A DNA stretch of 64,000 nucleotides from Chloroflexota bacterium. GTDB taxonomy: Bacteria > Chloroflexota > UBA11872 > VXOZ01. The translations under genes and the position numbers were made by a program. The stretch lies in contig CAXXVD010000004.1 of NCBI GenBank assembly GCA_963662335.2, positions 203,366 to 267,365 on the forward strand, read 5' to 3'. The notes below the pieces were generated by a model. The model saw only the letters and a program-made list of their open reading frames with translations. It did not search any database and was not told the origin of the DNA. The stretch's first letter is position 1. Each line of letters begins with the position of its first letter. This document shows positions 43,273 through 51,995 of the stretch, piece after piece.

Positions 43273-43657
43273 GAAGCACACACGACAGGGCTGGCGCGCT
43301 CGCTAAGAGGCGGGGGACAAGCCCCCGCGCTACTGTCAACCGGCGTATTGAGAAGCACACACGACAGGGCTCAAGCGCTCGCTAAGAGGCGGGGGACAAG
43401 CCCCCGCGCTACTGTCAACCGGCGTATTGAGAAGCACACATGACAGTGCTGGCGCGCTCGTTTAGAGGCGGGGGACAAGCCCCCGCGCTACTGTCAACCG
43501 GCGTATTGAGAAGCACACATGACAGTGCTGGCGCGCTCGTTTAGAGGCGGGGGACAAGCCCCCGCGCTACCGTCAACCGGCGTATTGAGAGGCACGCACG
43601 ACAGGGCTGGCGCGCTCGCTAAGAGGCGGGGGACAAGCCCCCGCGCTACCGTCAACC
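43258..43657. repeat. Tandem array of 5 x 79 bp, each unit containing one GTAG-family REP
   Basis: CAACC unit starts at 43258, 43337, 43416, 43495, 43574 and a partial at 43653. Confidence 0.97.
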
Positions 43658-43672
43658 TGGAAAGGATGAATC

Positions 43673-44752
43673 ATGAGAATCACCGGCATTACTCATCGCA
43701 AGTACCAGTGGCCCCGCCGCGTGCCCATCCGCAACGGCATGTTCACCTACACCGACGTCACGCTTGCCGTGGTGGAGGTTGAGACCGACGCCGGTATTGT
43801 CGGCCTCGGTCTGGGCGGGGTGAACCCTTCGCTCCTGGCGCAGTTCACGCCGTTGCTCATCGGCCAGGACCCGCGCAACGTGGAGCGGCTCTGGCACGCC
43901 CTCTGGGTGCCCAAGCTGGTGGGCCGGCGCGGCACGGAAACCCGCACTATTTCCAGCCTGGACATCGCCCTCTGGGACCTGCTGGGCAAAGCGACCGGCA
44001 TGTCCGTCCACCAACTGCTGGGCGGCTATGCGGCCCGCATCCCGGTCTACATCGCCGGCGGCTACTACGAAGAGGGCAAGGGACTGGCGGAACTGGCGGA
44101 GGAGATGGAGGAGAACCTGCGGCTGGGCGCGCGGGCGGTGAAGATGAAAATCGGCGGCGCGCCCATCAACGAAGACGTGGAGCGCGTGCGCGTGGTGCGC
44201 GAGACGGTCGGCCCGGACGTTGACGTCATGGTGGACGCCAACAACGCCTATCCCGCACACGAGGCCATCCGCATCGCGGCGCAGATCGAGAAGTACGACA
44301 TCTACTGGTTTGAAGAGCCGGTCGGCGCCGACGACTACGCCGGCTGCGCCCGTGTGGCCCAGGCGACCAGCATCCCCATCGCCACCGGCGAGAACGAGTA
44401 CACGCGCTACGGCTTCCGCGACCTGATCCAGCACCAGGCCGCGAGCATTCTCAATGCCGACGCCAATATCTGCGGCGGCGTGACCGAGTTCCGCCGCATC
44501 GCCGCGCTGGCCGCCGCTCACGATCTCGTGATTGCTCCGCACGGCTCGCAAGACGTACACATTCATCTCGTCACCGGCATTCCAAACGGCCTCATCCTCG
44601 AGTACTACCGCGATACCGTGGATCCCATGTGGGGCAAGACGTTCCAGGATACGCTCATGCTGGACGCCGACGGCATGCTCGCGCCCCCCGACCGGCCGGG
44701 ATTTGGCATTGCGCTGAACGAGGAAGCCCTGGCGGAGTACCGTGTGGCATAG
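43673..44752 (+). CDS. Mandelate racemase/muconate lactonizing enzyme family protein
   Basis: DIALWDL.GK, KMKIG, MVDAN, WFEEP, ATGENE, APH. Confidence 0.92.
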   Translation: MRITGITHRKYQWPRRVPIRNGMFTYTDVTLAVVEVETDAGIVGLGLGGVNPSLLAQFTPLLIGQDPRNVERLWHALWVPKLVGRRGTETRTISSLDIALWDLLGKATGMSVHQLLGGYAARIPVYIAGGYYEEGKGLAELAEEMEENLRLGARAVKMKIGGAPINEDVERVRVVRETVGPDVDVMVDANNAYPAHEAIRIAAQIEKYDIYWFEEPVGADDYAGCARVAQATSIPIATGENEYTRYGFRDLIQHQAASILNADANICGGVTEFRRIAALAAAHDLVIAPHGSQDVHIHLVTGIPNGLILEYYRDTVDPMWGKTFQDTLMLDADGMLAPPDRPGFGIALNEEALAEYRVA

Positions 44753-44859
44753 CGCGCACAGAGTCCGGTTCCAATAGCGCAAGCGGCAATGCGGTAGAAT
44801 AGGGGCGGCGCCTGTTTGCAGCATCGAAGTCTCACCAAACAGCACGAAAGCGAGCACCC

Positions 44860-45744
44860 ATGGCGAAGACGGTCTTTCAGAAGCCCGGCAACTGGTACAA
44901 GGGCAACCTGCACACCCACTCCACCAATTCCGACGGCCTGTACACGCCGGAACTGGTGTGTTTGTGGTACTGGACGATGGGTTACGACTTCCTCTCCATC
45001 ACCGACCACCGCACGCTCACCCTCTTCGATGAGCCGCCAACCCGCAGTCCCGTGCTGATTCCCGGCATGGAACTCAACGGCGACGACGCCCGCGCCGGCG
45101 GCGGCTACCACATCGTCGGCCTTGGCCTGAACGACATGCACAAACAACCGCCGGACCTGGACGCCCAGGGCGCCATCGACGCCATTCGCGCCGACGGCGG
45201 GCTGGCCGTGCTGGCGCATCCCTATTGGCTGGGGCACGTAACCACCGACCTCGCGCACCTGGAAGGCGCCACCGGCCTGGAAGTCTTCAACTACGGCACG
45301 CAGGTCAGCATCAACAAAGGCGACAGCACCTATCTGTGGGACGGCTTGCTCGACCGCAAGCGGCCGCTCTTCGGTCTGGCCGTGGACGACACCCATTGGA
45401 AACTGCCCGACGCCGGCGGCGGCTGGGTGATGGCAAAGGCCGCCTCTTGCACCCCGGAGGCCTTGCTCGGCGCAATCGCTGACGGCGACTTCTACGCCTC
45501 GCAAGGGCCGGAGATTCATGACTTCCGCCTGGAGAACGGCGTGGCCACCGCCAGAACCTCGCCGGTGCGCACCATTGCCTTCATGTCGGAACGTTCCCAC
45601 GGCCTGGCAATCCGTTCCCCGCAGGGCGACCCCATAACGTCCGCCCGCTATTCCTTGCGCAACGAACACACCTACGTGCGCCTGGAATGCGTGGACTTCC
45701 AGGGGCGGCGCGCGTGGAGCAACCCGATCTGGCTAGAAGCGTAA
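44860..45744 (+). CDS. PHP-domain metallohydrolase (CehA/McbA-like)
   Basis: GNLHTHSTNSDG, ITDH, AHPYW, DDTH, WSNPIW. Confidence 0.88.
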   Translation: MAKTVFQKPGNWYKGNLHTHSTNSDGLYTPELVCLWYWTMGYDFLSITDHRTLTLFDEPPTRSPVLIPGMELNGDDARAGGGYHIVGLGLNDMHKQPPDLDAQGAIDAIRADGGLAVLAHPYWLGHVTTDLAHLEGATGLEVFNYGTQVSINKGDSTYLWDGLLDRKRPLFGLAVDDTHWKLPDAGGGWVMAKAASCTPEALLGAIADGDFYASQGPEIHDFRLENGVATARTSPVRTIAFMSERSHGLAIRSPQGDPITSARYSLRNEHTYVRLECVDFQGRRAWSNPIWLEA

Positions 45745-45767
45745 GCGTAGAGCGAGGACAAATCGAT

Positions 45768-46892
45768 ATGAAGATCGTAGACGTTCGCGTGCATCCCGTA
45801 GCCGTCTCCCGCGCGTACGGCACCCTCACCTCCGGCGGCCAGGAAGGCCGCCAGAATCCCGACGCCCAGCCGGTCGAGCTTTCCTACTTCTACGTGCTGG
45901 AAGTCGAGACCGACGACGGCATCGTGGGCCTGGGCGAGGTTTCCGACTTCGCTCTCGGGTCGCGCCTGCCGGACGGCTCCCCGCTGGAGTTGGAAAACCT
46001 GACCGCCAAACTGCGCGCGCTGCTGGTTGGGCGCGACCCCGCCGGCATGGAGCGGCTATCGCTGGAGGTGGACTTTGGCGGCCTGGTGAATTGCGCTATC
46101 GACACCGCCTGCTACGACATCCTCGGCAAGGCCTACGGCGCGTCCGCTACGGACCTGGCCGGCGGACGCCTGCGCGAGAGCGTCTGGGTTTCCTGGGTGG
46201 CCTACATCCGCGCGCCCGAGGCCATGGCCCCGGAAATCGAAGAGAAACTGGCGCAGGGCTTCAACGCCTTCAAGTTCAAAGTCGGACGCGACATCGACCT
46301 GGACGAAGCGCGCATCAAGCTCTTCCGCGAGATTGGCGGCGACGACCTGAACCTCAAGCTGGACGCCAACGCCGCCTGGGACGTGGATGAGGCAATCGCA
46401 AACCTGCGCCGCCTGGAAAAGTACAACTTGGCCGGCATCGAGACGCCGATTGACAAGGAGAACGTCAGCGGCATGGCGCAGGTGCGCCAGGCGGTGGATA
46501 CGCCGATCCTCGAGCACGTGAGCACACTTGACTACGCTTTGAAACTCGTGCGCCACGAGGCGGTGGACGTCTTCAACGTCTCGACCGTCGGCTGCGGCGG
46601 CATCTACCGCGCCAAGAAGGTGATCGCGGTCGCCGAGGCCGCCGGTCTGCACGTCCTTCTCGGCAGCACGGTCGAGCTTGGCGTCGGCACCGCGGCGCAA
46701 CTGGCGCTCGCCGCGTCGTCCTGGCGGGTGGACTGGCCCTCGGACCTCATCGGGCCGCTGATGTACACCGACGACGTGCTGAATGAGCCGTGGGAATGGG
46801 ATGCCGGGCATTTGCGCGTGCCGCGCGGCCCCGGCCTGGGCGTGACCCTCGACCCGGACAAGCTCCAATCGCTCCACCACCCGCTGCCGTAG
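45768..46892 (+). CDS. Enolase superfamily protein (muconate cycloisomerase-like subgroup)
   Basis: KFKVG, LDAN..W, ETP, PRGPGLGV. Confidence 0.88.
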   Translation: MKIVDVRVHPVAVSRAYGTLTSGGQEGRQNPDAQPVELSYFYVLEVETDDGIVGLGEVSDFALGSRLPDGSPLELENLTAKLRALLVGRDPAGMERLSLEVDFGGLVNCAIDTACYDILGKAYGASATDLAGGRLRESVWVSWVAYIRAPEAMAPEIEEKLAQGFNAFKFKVGRDIDLDEARIKLFREIGGDDLNLKLDANAAWDVDEAIANLRRLEKYNLAGIETPIDKENVSGMAQVRQAVDTPILEHVSTLDYALKLVRHEAVDVFNVSTVGCGGIYRAKKVIAVAEAAGLHVLLGSTVELGVGTAAQLALAASSWRVDWPSDLIGPLMYTDDVLNEPWEWDAGHLRVPRGPGLGVTLDPDKLQSLHHPLP

Positions 46893-46927
46893 TCGCGGTA
46901 GCCTGCGTGGCGCGCGGCAGGACGCGG

Positions 46928-46957
46928 TTGACAGCCGCGCGCTGCCCTTGCTATTCT
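46928..46957 (+). promoter_or_regulatory. Sigma70-type promoter of rplU-rpmA
   Basis: TTGACA-18 bp-TATTCT with TGn extension. Confidence 0.7.
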
Positions 46958-47055
46958 GAGCAATGCGGGTCAGTGTGCGCCCCTCAATTTGGCGCGCATT
47001 AAGCCCGTGTTTGGATGAACAACCGGACGCGCAAAGCAGAGTGAAGAGGAACGCC

Positions 47056-47367
47056 GTGTTCGCAGTCGTTGAAATTGCCGGCAAGCAGTACCGCGTCAGT
47101 CCAGGCGACCGCATTGCCGTGGAGAGGCTGGATGCCGATCCGGGCAGTGAAATCACGCTGGACTCTGTCCTTCTGGCGTCTACGCCTGCGGGCGTCACCG
47201 TGGGCGCGCCGGTGGTGGCCGGCGCCAGCGTCCGCGCCCAGGTGGTGCGGGAAGAGAAGGACGACAAGGTGTTGGTGTTCAAGTACAAGCCCAAGAACCG
47301 GTACCGGCGCTTGTCCGGCCACCGGCACACGCGCACGATTCTGGAGATCGATTCAATCGACACCTAG
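47056..47367 (+). CDS. rplU: 50S ribosomal protein L21
   Basis: [25 protein letters not shown]; GTG after GAGGA. Confidence 0.96.
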   Translation: MFAVVEIAGKQYRVSPGDRIAVERLDADPGSEITLDSVLLASTPAGVTVGAPVVAGASVRAQVVREEKDDKVLVFKYKPKNRYRRLSGHRHTRTILEIDSIDT

Positions 47368-47440
47368 AGGCGGCCCAAGACAGGCCGCCGCGCGCCAGAC
47401 CGCTTGCGCGCCGCAACGAGCAACTGAGGAGCAAGGAAAC

Positions 47441-47698
47441 ATGGCACAAAAGAAAGCCGGCGGCAGCAGCCGCAACGGCAGGGACAGCGCCGGGCGGCGC
47501 TTGGGCGTCAAGCGCACCGACGGGCAGTTCGTCCGCGCCGGCAACATCCTGGTGCGCCAGCGCGGCACGCCAATTCAGCCGGGAGAGAACGTCGGTATAG
47601 GCAAAGACCACACCCTCTTCGCCAAAGTGGACGGCGTCGTCAGTTACCAGAGCTTTGGCCGCGACTCCAAGCGCGCCGTCATCGTGCCTCAGGTCTAG
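47441..47698 (+). CDS. rpmA: 50S ribosomal protein L27
   Basis: [32 protein letters not shown]. Confidence 0.97.
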   Translation: MAQKKAGGSSRNGRDSAGRRLGVKRTDGQFVRAGNILVRQRGTPIQPGENVGIGKDHTLFAKVDGVVSYQSFGRDSKRAVIVPQV

Positions 47699-47784
47699 TA
47701 CCGTTTTCGCACGGACTTGCGTCATTTCGACTCAGCAGGCAACTTCCGGGCGAATTGCCGAACAACGAGACTCCGCTCTTGTTT

Positions 47785-47816
47785 CCTCTCCCCGTGGGAG
47801 AGGGTTAGGGTGAGGG
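47785..47816 (+). repeat. CCTCTCCC-N-GGGAGAGGGTTAGGGTGAGGG palindromic repeat
   Basis: Recognisable widespread REP-like motif just upstream of the tRNA; single clear copy here. Confidence 0.6.
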
Positions 47817-47824
47817 CACCATCA

Positions 47825-47899
47825 GGGCCGGTAGCTCAGTGGGAGAGCGCTGCGTTCGCATCGCAGAAGTCGGGGGTTCAAATCCCCCTCGGTCCACCA
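47825..47899 (+). tRNA. tRNA-Ala (anticodon CGC)
   Basis: Acceptor GGGCCGG/TCGGTCC with G3-U70, anticodon arm CTGCG-TTCGCAT-CGCAG, TTCAAAT T-loop, encoded CCA. Confidence 0.96.
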
Positions 47900-48111
47900 G
47901 ACTTGACAAAAATCAAGAAGTTTCACATCGAGGTTCAAGCTGGCGGTGTAGACCCGATACGCGAATAGTTCGAGCCTGGGACGAAGTGCCGGCTGCCGTC
48001 CAATTGAGTTAGCTTTAGCCATGCGCACAGAACGTGGCGAAACGAAGGACGGGCGCCTCTCTCGCATTCCGCGGCCTTTGGGTGACGGCCTGGGAAGCAC
48101 GAGAGCCTTAG

Positions 48112-48411
48112 ATGCGCCATCACTTAAATCTTGTGACCCAATCGAAGCTGCCGACGGTGGTCGCTCTGGCCGTGCTGCTCTTCGCCACCCCTATGGGCTG
48201 GCAATGGGTCTGGGGCATCCTCTTCCTGTACTGGGCGGTATCCGGCATCGTAACCGGGCACGCCTTTGTGGTGCAGACCGTCCAACGCGCTGAAAACCCC
48301 GTCCTGTTCTGGCTGATCAGCGTCACGTGGCTGATCCTTTCCGGCCTGACCATCTTCTACGACTTCTTCCCCGAAACCGCTCCCCTCTTGCTGGGAAATG
48401 GCAATGGCTGA
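48112..48411 (+). CDS. Small Trp-rich membrane protein
   Basis: 99 aa, about 3 hydrophobic helices, overlaps Rieske gene start. Confidence 0.75.
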   Translation: MRHHLNLVTQSKLPTVVALAVLLFATPMGWQWVWGILFLYWAVSGIVTGHAFVVQTVQRAENPVLFWLISVTWLILSGLTIFYDFFPETAPLLLGNGNG

Positions 48412-49549
48412 CCGCAGAGGGATGCCCATACTGCCGGTTGCGGCCTACACCTCGCGGGAGTGGTTTGACCGGGAGCAGGAGCGCATCTTCTCCCGCACCT
48501 GGGCCTGCGCCGGCTTTGCCGAGGACGTAAGCGAACCCGGCCAGTACGTGGCGGTGCAAGCCGGGCTCAACAATATCTTCATCGTGATGGGTCGCGACCG
48601 GCGGCTGCGGGCCTTTCACAACATCTGCCGCCACCGGGGCACGCAACTGCTGCGGGCCGTGGGCAAGACCCAGCGGGCAATCGTCTGCCCCTACCACGAC
48701 TGGACCTACGACCTGGAAGGCTGCCTAATTTCCGTGCCCAGCCAAGACAGCCAGTTCCCCGGCGTGGACCTGGATGGAGTAAGCCTGAAGAAGGCGTCTG
48801 TGGACCTGTGGCGCGGGATGCTGTGGGTGCATCCCGACGAGAACGCCGGCTCCATCATGGAGTGGTTCGGCGCGGTTGAGCCGCACCTGGGCCCCCACCA
48901 GGTGGAGGACCTGGCGGAGTATGCGGAAGGCCGCACCGACCACGTCATCGAGGCCAACTGGAAGATCGTGGTGGAGAACTACATCGACGGCTACCACCTG
49001 GCGCACCTCCACTCCGGCACGTTGGCGATGTACGACCATGCGCGCATCGAATCGGGCTTCGTGGGGCCCCACTTCGCCTTCCGGGAACCCCTTGCGCCGG
49101 AGTACGCCCAGGACGTGGAGAAGAACTCTCCCTATCCCCTGGTCATTCCGGCAGAGCAGGCCGGCGCGTGGGTACCGATGCTCTTTCCCGGCATCGGGCT
49201 GGCGGAGACGGAGAATTCCTGGTCGCTCTTTCACGTGATCCCTCTCGCCCCCGAGCGCACGCGCGTGGTAACCCGCACCAAGGTGGCCAACGCTTCGTCG
49301 TGGCAGTTCGCCCGGCAGGAGTTCCGCTCCTGGAGCTTCTGGATCAAGCGCGTCACCGGCAAGTACGAAGGCGGCCAGGACGATCCCATGGCCTCGGGCG
49401 ACTTCATGGCAGAGGACATCTACGCCTGCGAGCAGCAGCAGAAGTCCCTGAAGAGCCCCTACTTCGAGCACGGTCCCTCGTCGCTCGGCGAGGCCGGCGT
49501 GCGCGGCCATCAGGAACTGGTGCGCACCTGGATGGAGAGCGAGGGGTGA
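48398..49549 (+). CDS. Rieske non-heme iron oxygenase alpha subunit (choline monooxygenase/CntA-like group)
   Basis: CRHRG...CPYHDW Rieske motif; ENYIDGYHLAHLH and ED..ACE.QQ iron site. Confidence 0.92.
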   Translation: MAMADRRGMPILPVAAYTSREWFDREQERIFSRTWACAGFAEDVSEPGQYVAVQAGLNNIFIVMGRDRRLRAFHNICRHRGTQLLRAVGKTQRAIVCPYHDWTYDLEGCLISVPSQDSQFPGVDLDGVSLKKASVDLWRGMLWVHPDENAGSIMEWFGAVEPHLGPHQVEDLAEYAEGRTDHVIEANWKIVVENYIDGYHLAHLHSGTLAMYDHARIESGFVGPHFAFREPLAPEYAQDVEKNSPYPLVIPAEQAGAWVPMLFPGIGLAETENSWSLFHVIPLAPERTRVVTRTKVANASSWQFARQEFRSWSFWIKRVTGKYEGGQDDPMASGDFMAEDIYACEQQQKSLKSPYFEHGPSSLGEAGVRGHQELVRTWMESEG

Positions 49550-50604
49550 GCAGCGAGTTCTACCGGCTGCGGGTTATGGAGACCCGCGCCGAGACCACGC
49601 AGGCGACCAGTGTGCTCTTTGAAGTTCCGTCCTCACTGAGCGACGCTTTTCGCTGGAAGCCCGGCCAGCACGTTACCCTGCGTTTCAATCTTGGCGGTGA
49701 AGAGGTCAGACGCCCCTACTCCATATCCGACGCGCCGGAGGGCGGAGGCCCGCTGCGAATCACCGTGAAGCGGCACAAGAACGGCCTGGTCTCCAATCAC
49801 GTCAACGAGCACGTGGCCGCCGGAGACTTGATCGACGTGATGCCGCCCTTCGGCGGCTTCTTCCTGGACGCGGATCCCAGAGCGCGGCGCACCTACTACT
49901 TCTTCGGCGCGGGCAGTGGCATTACGCCCCTCTACGCCATGATCCGTTCCGCCCTGGCGGCCGAGCCGCACTCGGTGGCAAGGCTGGCCTACGGCAACGT
50001 CAACGCCGACTCCGCCATCTTCCGCGAAGAACTGGCCCGGCTGGAGGAAGAGTCCCGGTGCCGTCTCGCGGTTCGCCACGTCCTGTCTTCCCCCTCCTGG
50101 CTCTCATCCTTCCGGTATTGGCGGCAGGGACGGATCGACGCCACGTGCGTGGCCGCCTTCATCGACGAGCATCCCCCCTACGCCCAGGACACCCGGTATT
50201 TCGTGTGCGGACCGGATGGCATGAACGCCACCGTGCGGGGCGCGCTCAAGGGACTTGACGTGCCGGACACGCGCATCCACGTGGAGAACTACGGCCCGGT
50301 AACGCCGCCGGACGACTCGGTGGCGGGAGCCGCGGCGGAAGCCACGGTGCGGCTCAGAGGCGCTACGTTCCCGGTAGCGGTCTCAGCAGGACAGACGGTG
50401 CTGAACGCGGTGCGGACCGCGAATGCAACTCCCCCGTATTCTTGCGAATCGGGAGTCTGCGGAGCCTGCCGGGCACATCTCCGGCAGGGCCGGGTCCACC
50501 TCCGGGCACGCATGGCCTTGACGGACGCCGAGATCGCCAGCGGCGCGATTCTCACCTGCCAGGCTCTTCCCATCACCCCGCAACTGACCGTGGAATATGA
50601 TTGA
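49546..50604 (+). CDS. FAD/NAD(P)H reductase with C-terminal 2Fe-2S ferredoxin (PaaE/KshB-like)
   Basis: RRPYSI, GAGSGITP, FVCGP, SCESGVCGAC...LTCQ; GTG overlaps oxygenase stop. Confidence 0.92.
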   Translation: MSSEFYRLRVMETRAETTQATSVLFEVPSSLSDAFRWKPGQHVTLRFNLGGEEVRRPYSISDAPEGGGPLRITVKRHKNGLVSNHVNEHVAAGDLIDVMPPFGGFFLDADPRARRTYYFFGAGSGITPLYAMIRSALAAEPHSVARLAYGNVNADSAIFREELARLEEESRCRLAVRHVLSSPSWLSSFRYWRQGRIDATCVAAFIDEHPPYAQDTRYFVCGPDGMNATVRGALKGLDVPDTRIHVENYGPVTPPDDSVAGAAAEATVRLRGATFPVAVSAGQTVLNAVRTANATPPYSCESGVCGACRAHLRQGRVHLRARMALTDAEIASGAILTCQALPITPQLTVEYD

Positions 50605-51460
50605 ATCTCAGATTCGCTTCTCTCTGCTGCGGAATGTGCTCGCCGTGTCGGTGGCGCTCCTAGTGCTGAGCGTTTCATGCTCCACTGCCGCCCCGGCGCA
50701 GGCCCCCGAACCCACCACCGAGTCGACCGAAGGTCCCAGCCCACTGGAACAAGCACCCCAGGCAACCTTTGCGATCGCAGGCTCGACGGTAGTGGTGGAA
50801 GGCGATATGGACATTGGTTTCTATGAGCGCTTTCTCGCCGTGGTGCGAGGCAGGGAAGACGAGATCACCACGCTGCGCGTCAACTCCGGCGGCGGCGTCA
50901 CCGATGAGGGCCGCAAGCTGGGCGAATGGATATTCGAGCACAACGTCGACGTGGTGGTTGACGGGCTGTGCTTCTCCTCCTGCGCAAACTATATCTTCAC
51001 GGCGGGAAGGAACAAGACCATACTGGCCGGCTCGATAGTCGGCTGGCACAGCTCGGAGCAGCAGGACGAACACATCGCCCGGGGCCTGGGGATATCTGTT
51101 GCAGAACTGCTGGCGCGGGAATACGACCGGTCCGCCGCAGAGTGGGGTGAGACCCCCTCACCCGAAGGACGCAAGCAATTCGTCCAGGCTGTTCTCTCCT
51201 CACGGCCAACCGCGGTCGCAGAGGAGCAGGCTTTCCTGGAGAAGATCGGCGTGAGCGTTGACGCCCTGGTCTACGGGTTCTTGCCGGACCAATTCGAGGA
51301 CTACTACGTCAATGCGCCGGCCCATATTGACGGCTGGACGTTCTCCATAGAGGACATGGCGAGTTTCGGCATCGCCAACGTGACGTACGCGGGTGAGGGC
51401 GACTATCCGAGCGAGCGGGCGAAAACGGAATACGGGGTGATACTCTTCAGGGTCCCGTGA
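50597..51460 (+). CDS. Putative exported/lipoprotein with ClpP/crotonase-like fold
   Basis: Signal ending SVSC; VNSGGG, CFSSCANYIF.AG, GWH motifs. Confidence 0.7.
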   Translation: MIESQIRFSLLRNVLAVSVALLVLSVSCSTAAPAQAPEPTTESTEGPSPLEQAPQATFAIAGSTVVVEGDMDIGFYERFLAVVRGREDEITTLRVNSGGGVTDEGRKLGEWIFEHNVDVVVDGLCFSSCANYIFTAGRNKTILAGSIVGWHSSEQQDEHIARGLGISVAELLAREYDRSAAEWGETPSPEGRKQFVQAVLSSRPTAVAEEQAFLEKIGVSVDALVYGFLPDQFEDYYVNAPAHIDGWTFSIEDMASFGIANVTYAGEGDYPSERAKTEYGVILFRVP

Positions 51461-51475
51461 GCGAGCCCACCCAAC

Positions 51476-51902
51476 GTGCACGACCTGGAACGTGACAACC
51501 CCGACATCTCCATTCCCAACGCCGCCTTCAAGCGGGTCTTCGACCTCTCCGACGGCTACCGCTGGCGCCTGGACAGCGAGCCGTTCGCCAAAGACGTCAT
51601 CGCCCAAAGCAAAGCGCCGGAACTCCTGCGCGCTTTCCGGCACGCCCTCTACGGCAACCGCGAACGCAGCGACACCGGAGTCTCTGTCCTCGACCCACCT
51701 GCGGTTCCGGCAGCATAGTCAGCGCACGAAAACCCGCTACAAAGCCACCGGCAAAGTAATCTACGACGAGTTCGACCAAAAGCCCGCCAAACTCATCGTA
51801 GACCAAATCGACCAAACCCTCGCCCACCACTACGGCTTCACAGAAGAAGAGCTAGACTTCATAATCAACTACGACATCAAGTATCGCATGGCAATCAAGT
51901 AG
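51476..51902 (+). pseudogene. Collapsed remnant of a type IIG (Eco57I-like) restriction-modification gene
   Basis: Three pieces in different frames: HDLERDNPDISIP..AF.R.FD..DGYRWRLD, frameshifted SVLDP(T)CGSG motif I at 51683-51711, C-terminus HYGFTEEELDFIINYDIKYRM. Confidence 0.72.
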
Positions 51903-51995
51903 GCCCCAAGTGCGATTACCTTCACGCAAGTTGGTATACTCTAGCAAGGAGTGGGTAGCTTTGGTGCACCAAAAACGCCCGGTCAGGGGGAACTT

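Noticed and set aside
43258-43657. CRISPR array
   Set aside because: Sequences between the palindromes are near-identical rather than unique spacers, the palindrome is a dispersed REP, and no cas genes are present
47368-47440. Missing prp protease between rplU and rpmA
   Set aside because: L27 has no N-terminal extension, so absence is normal
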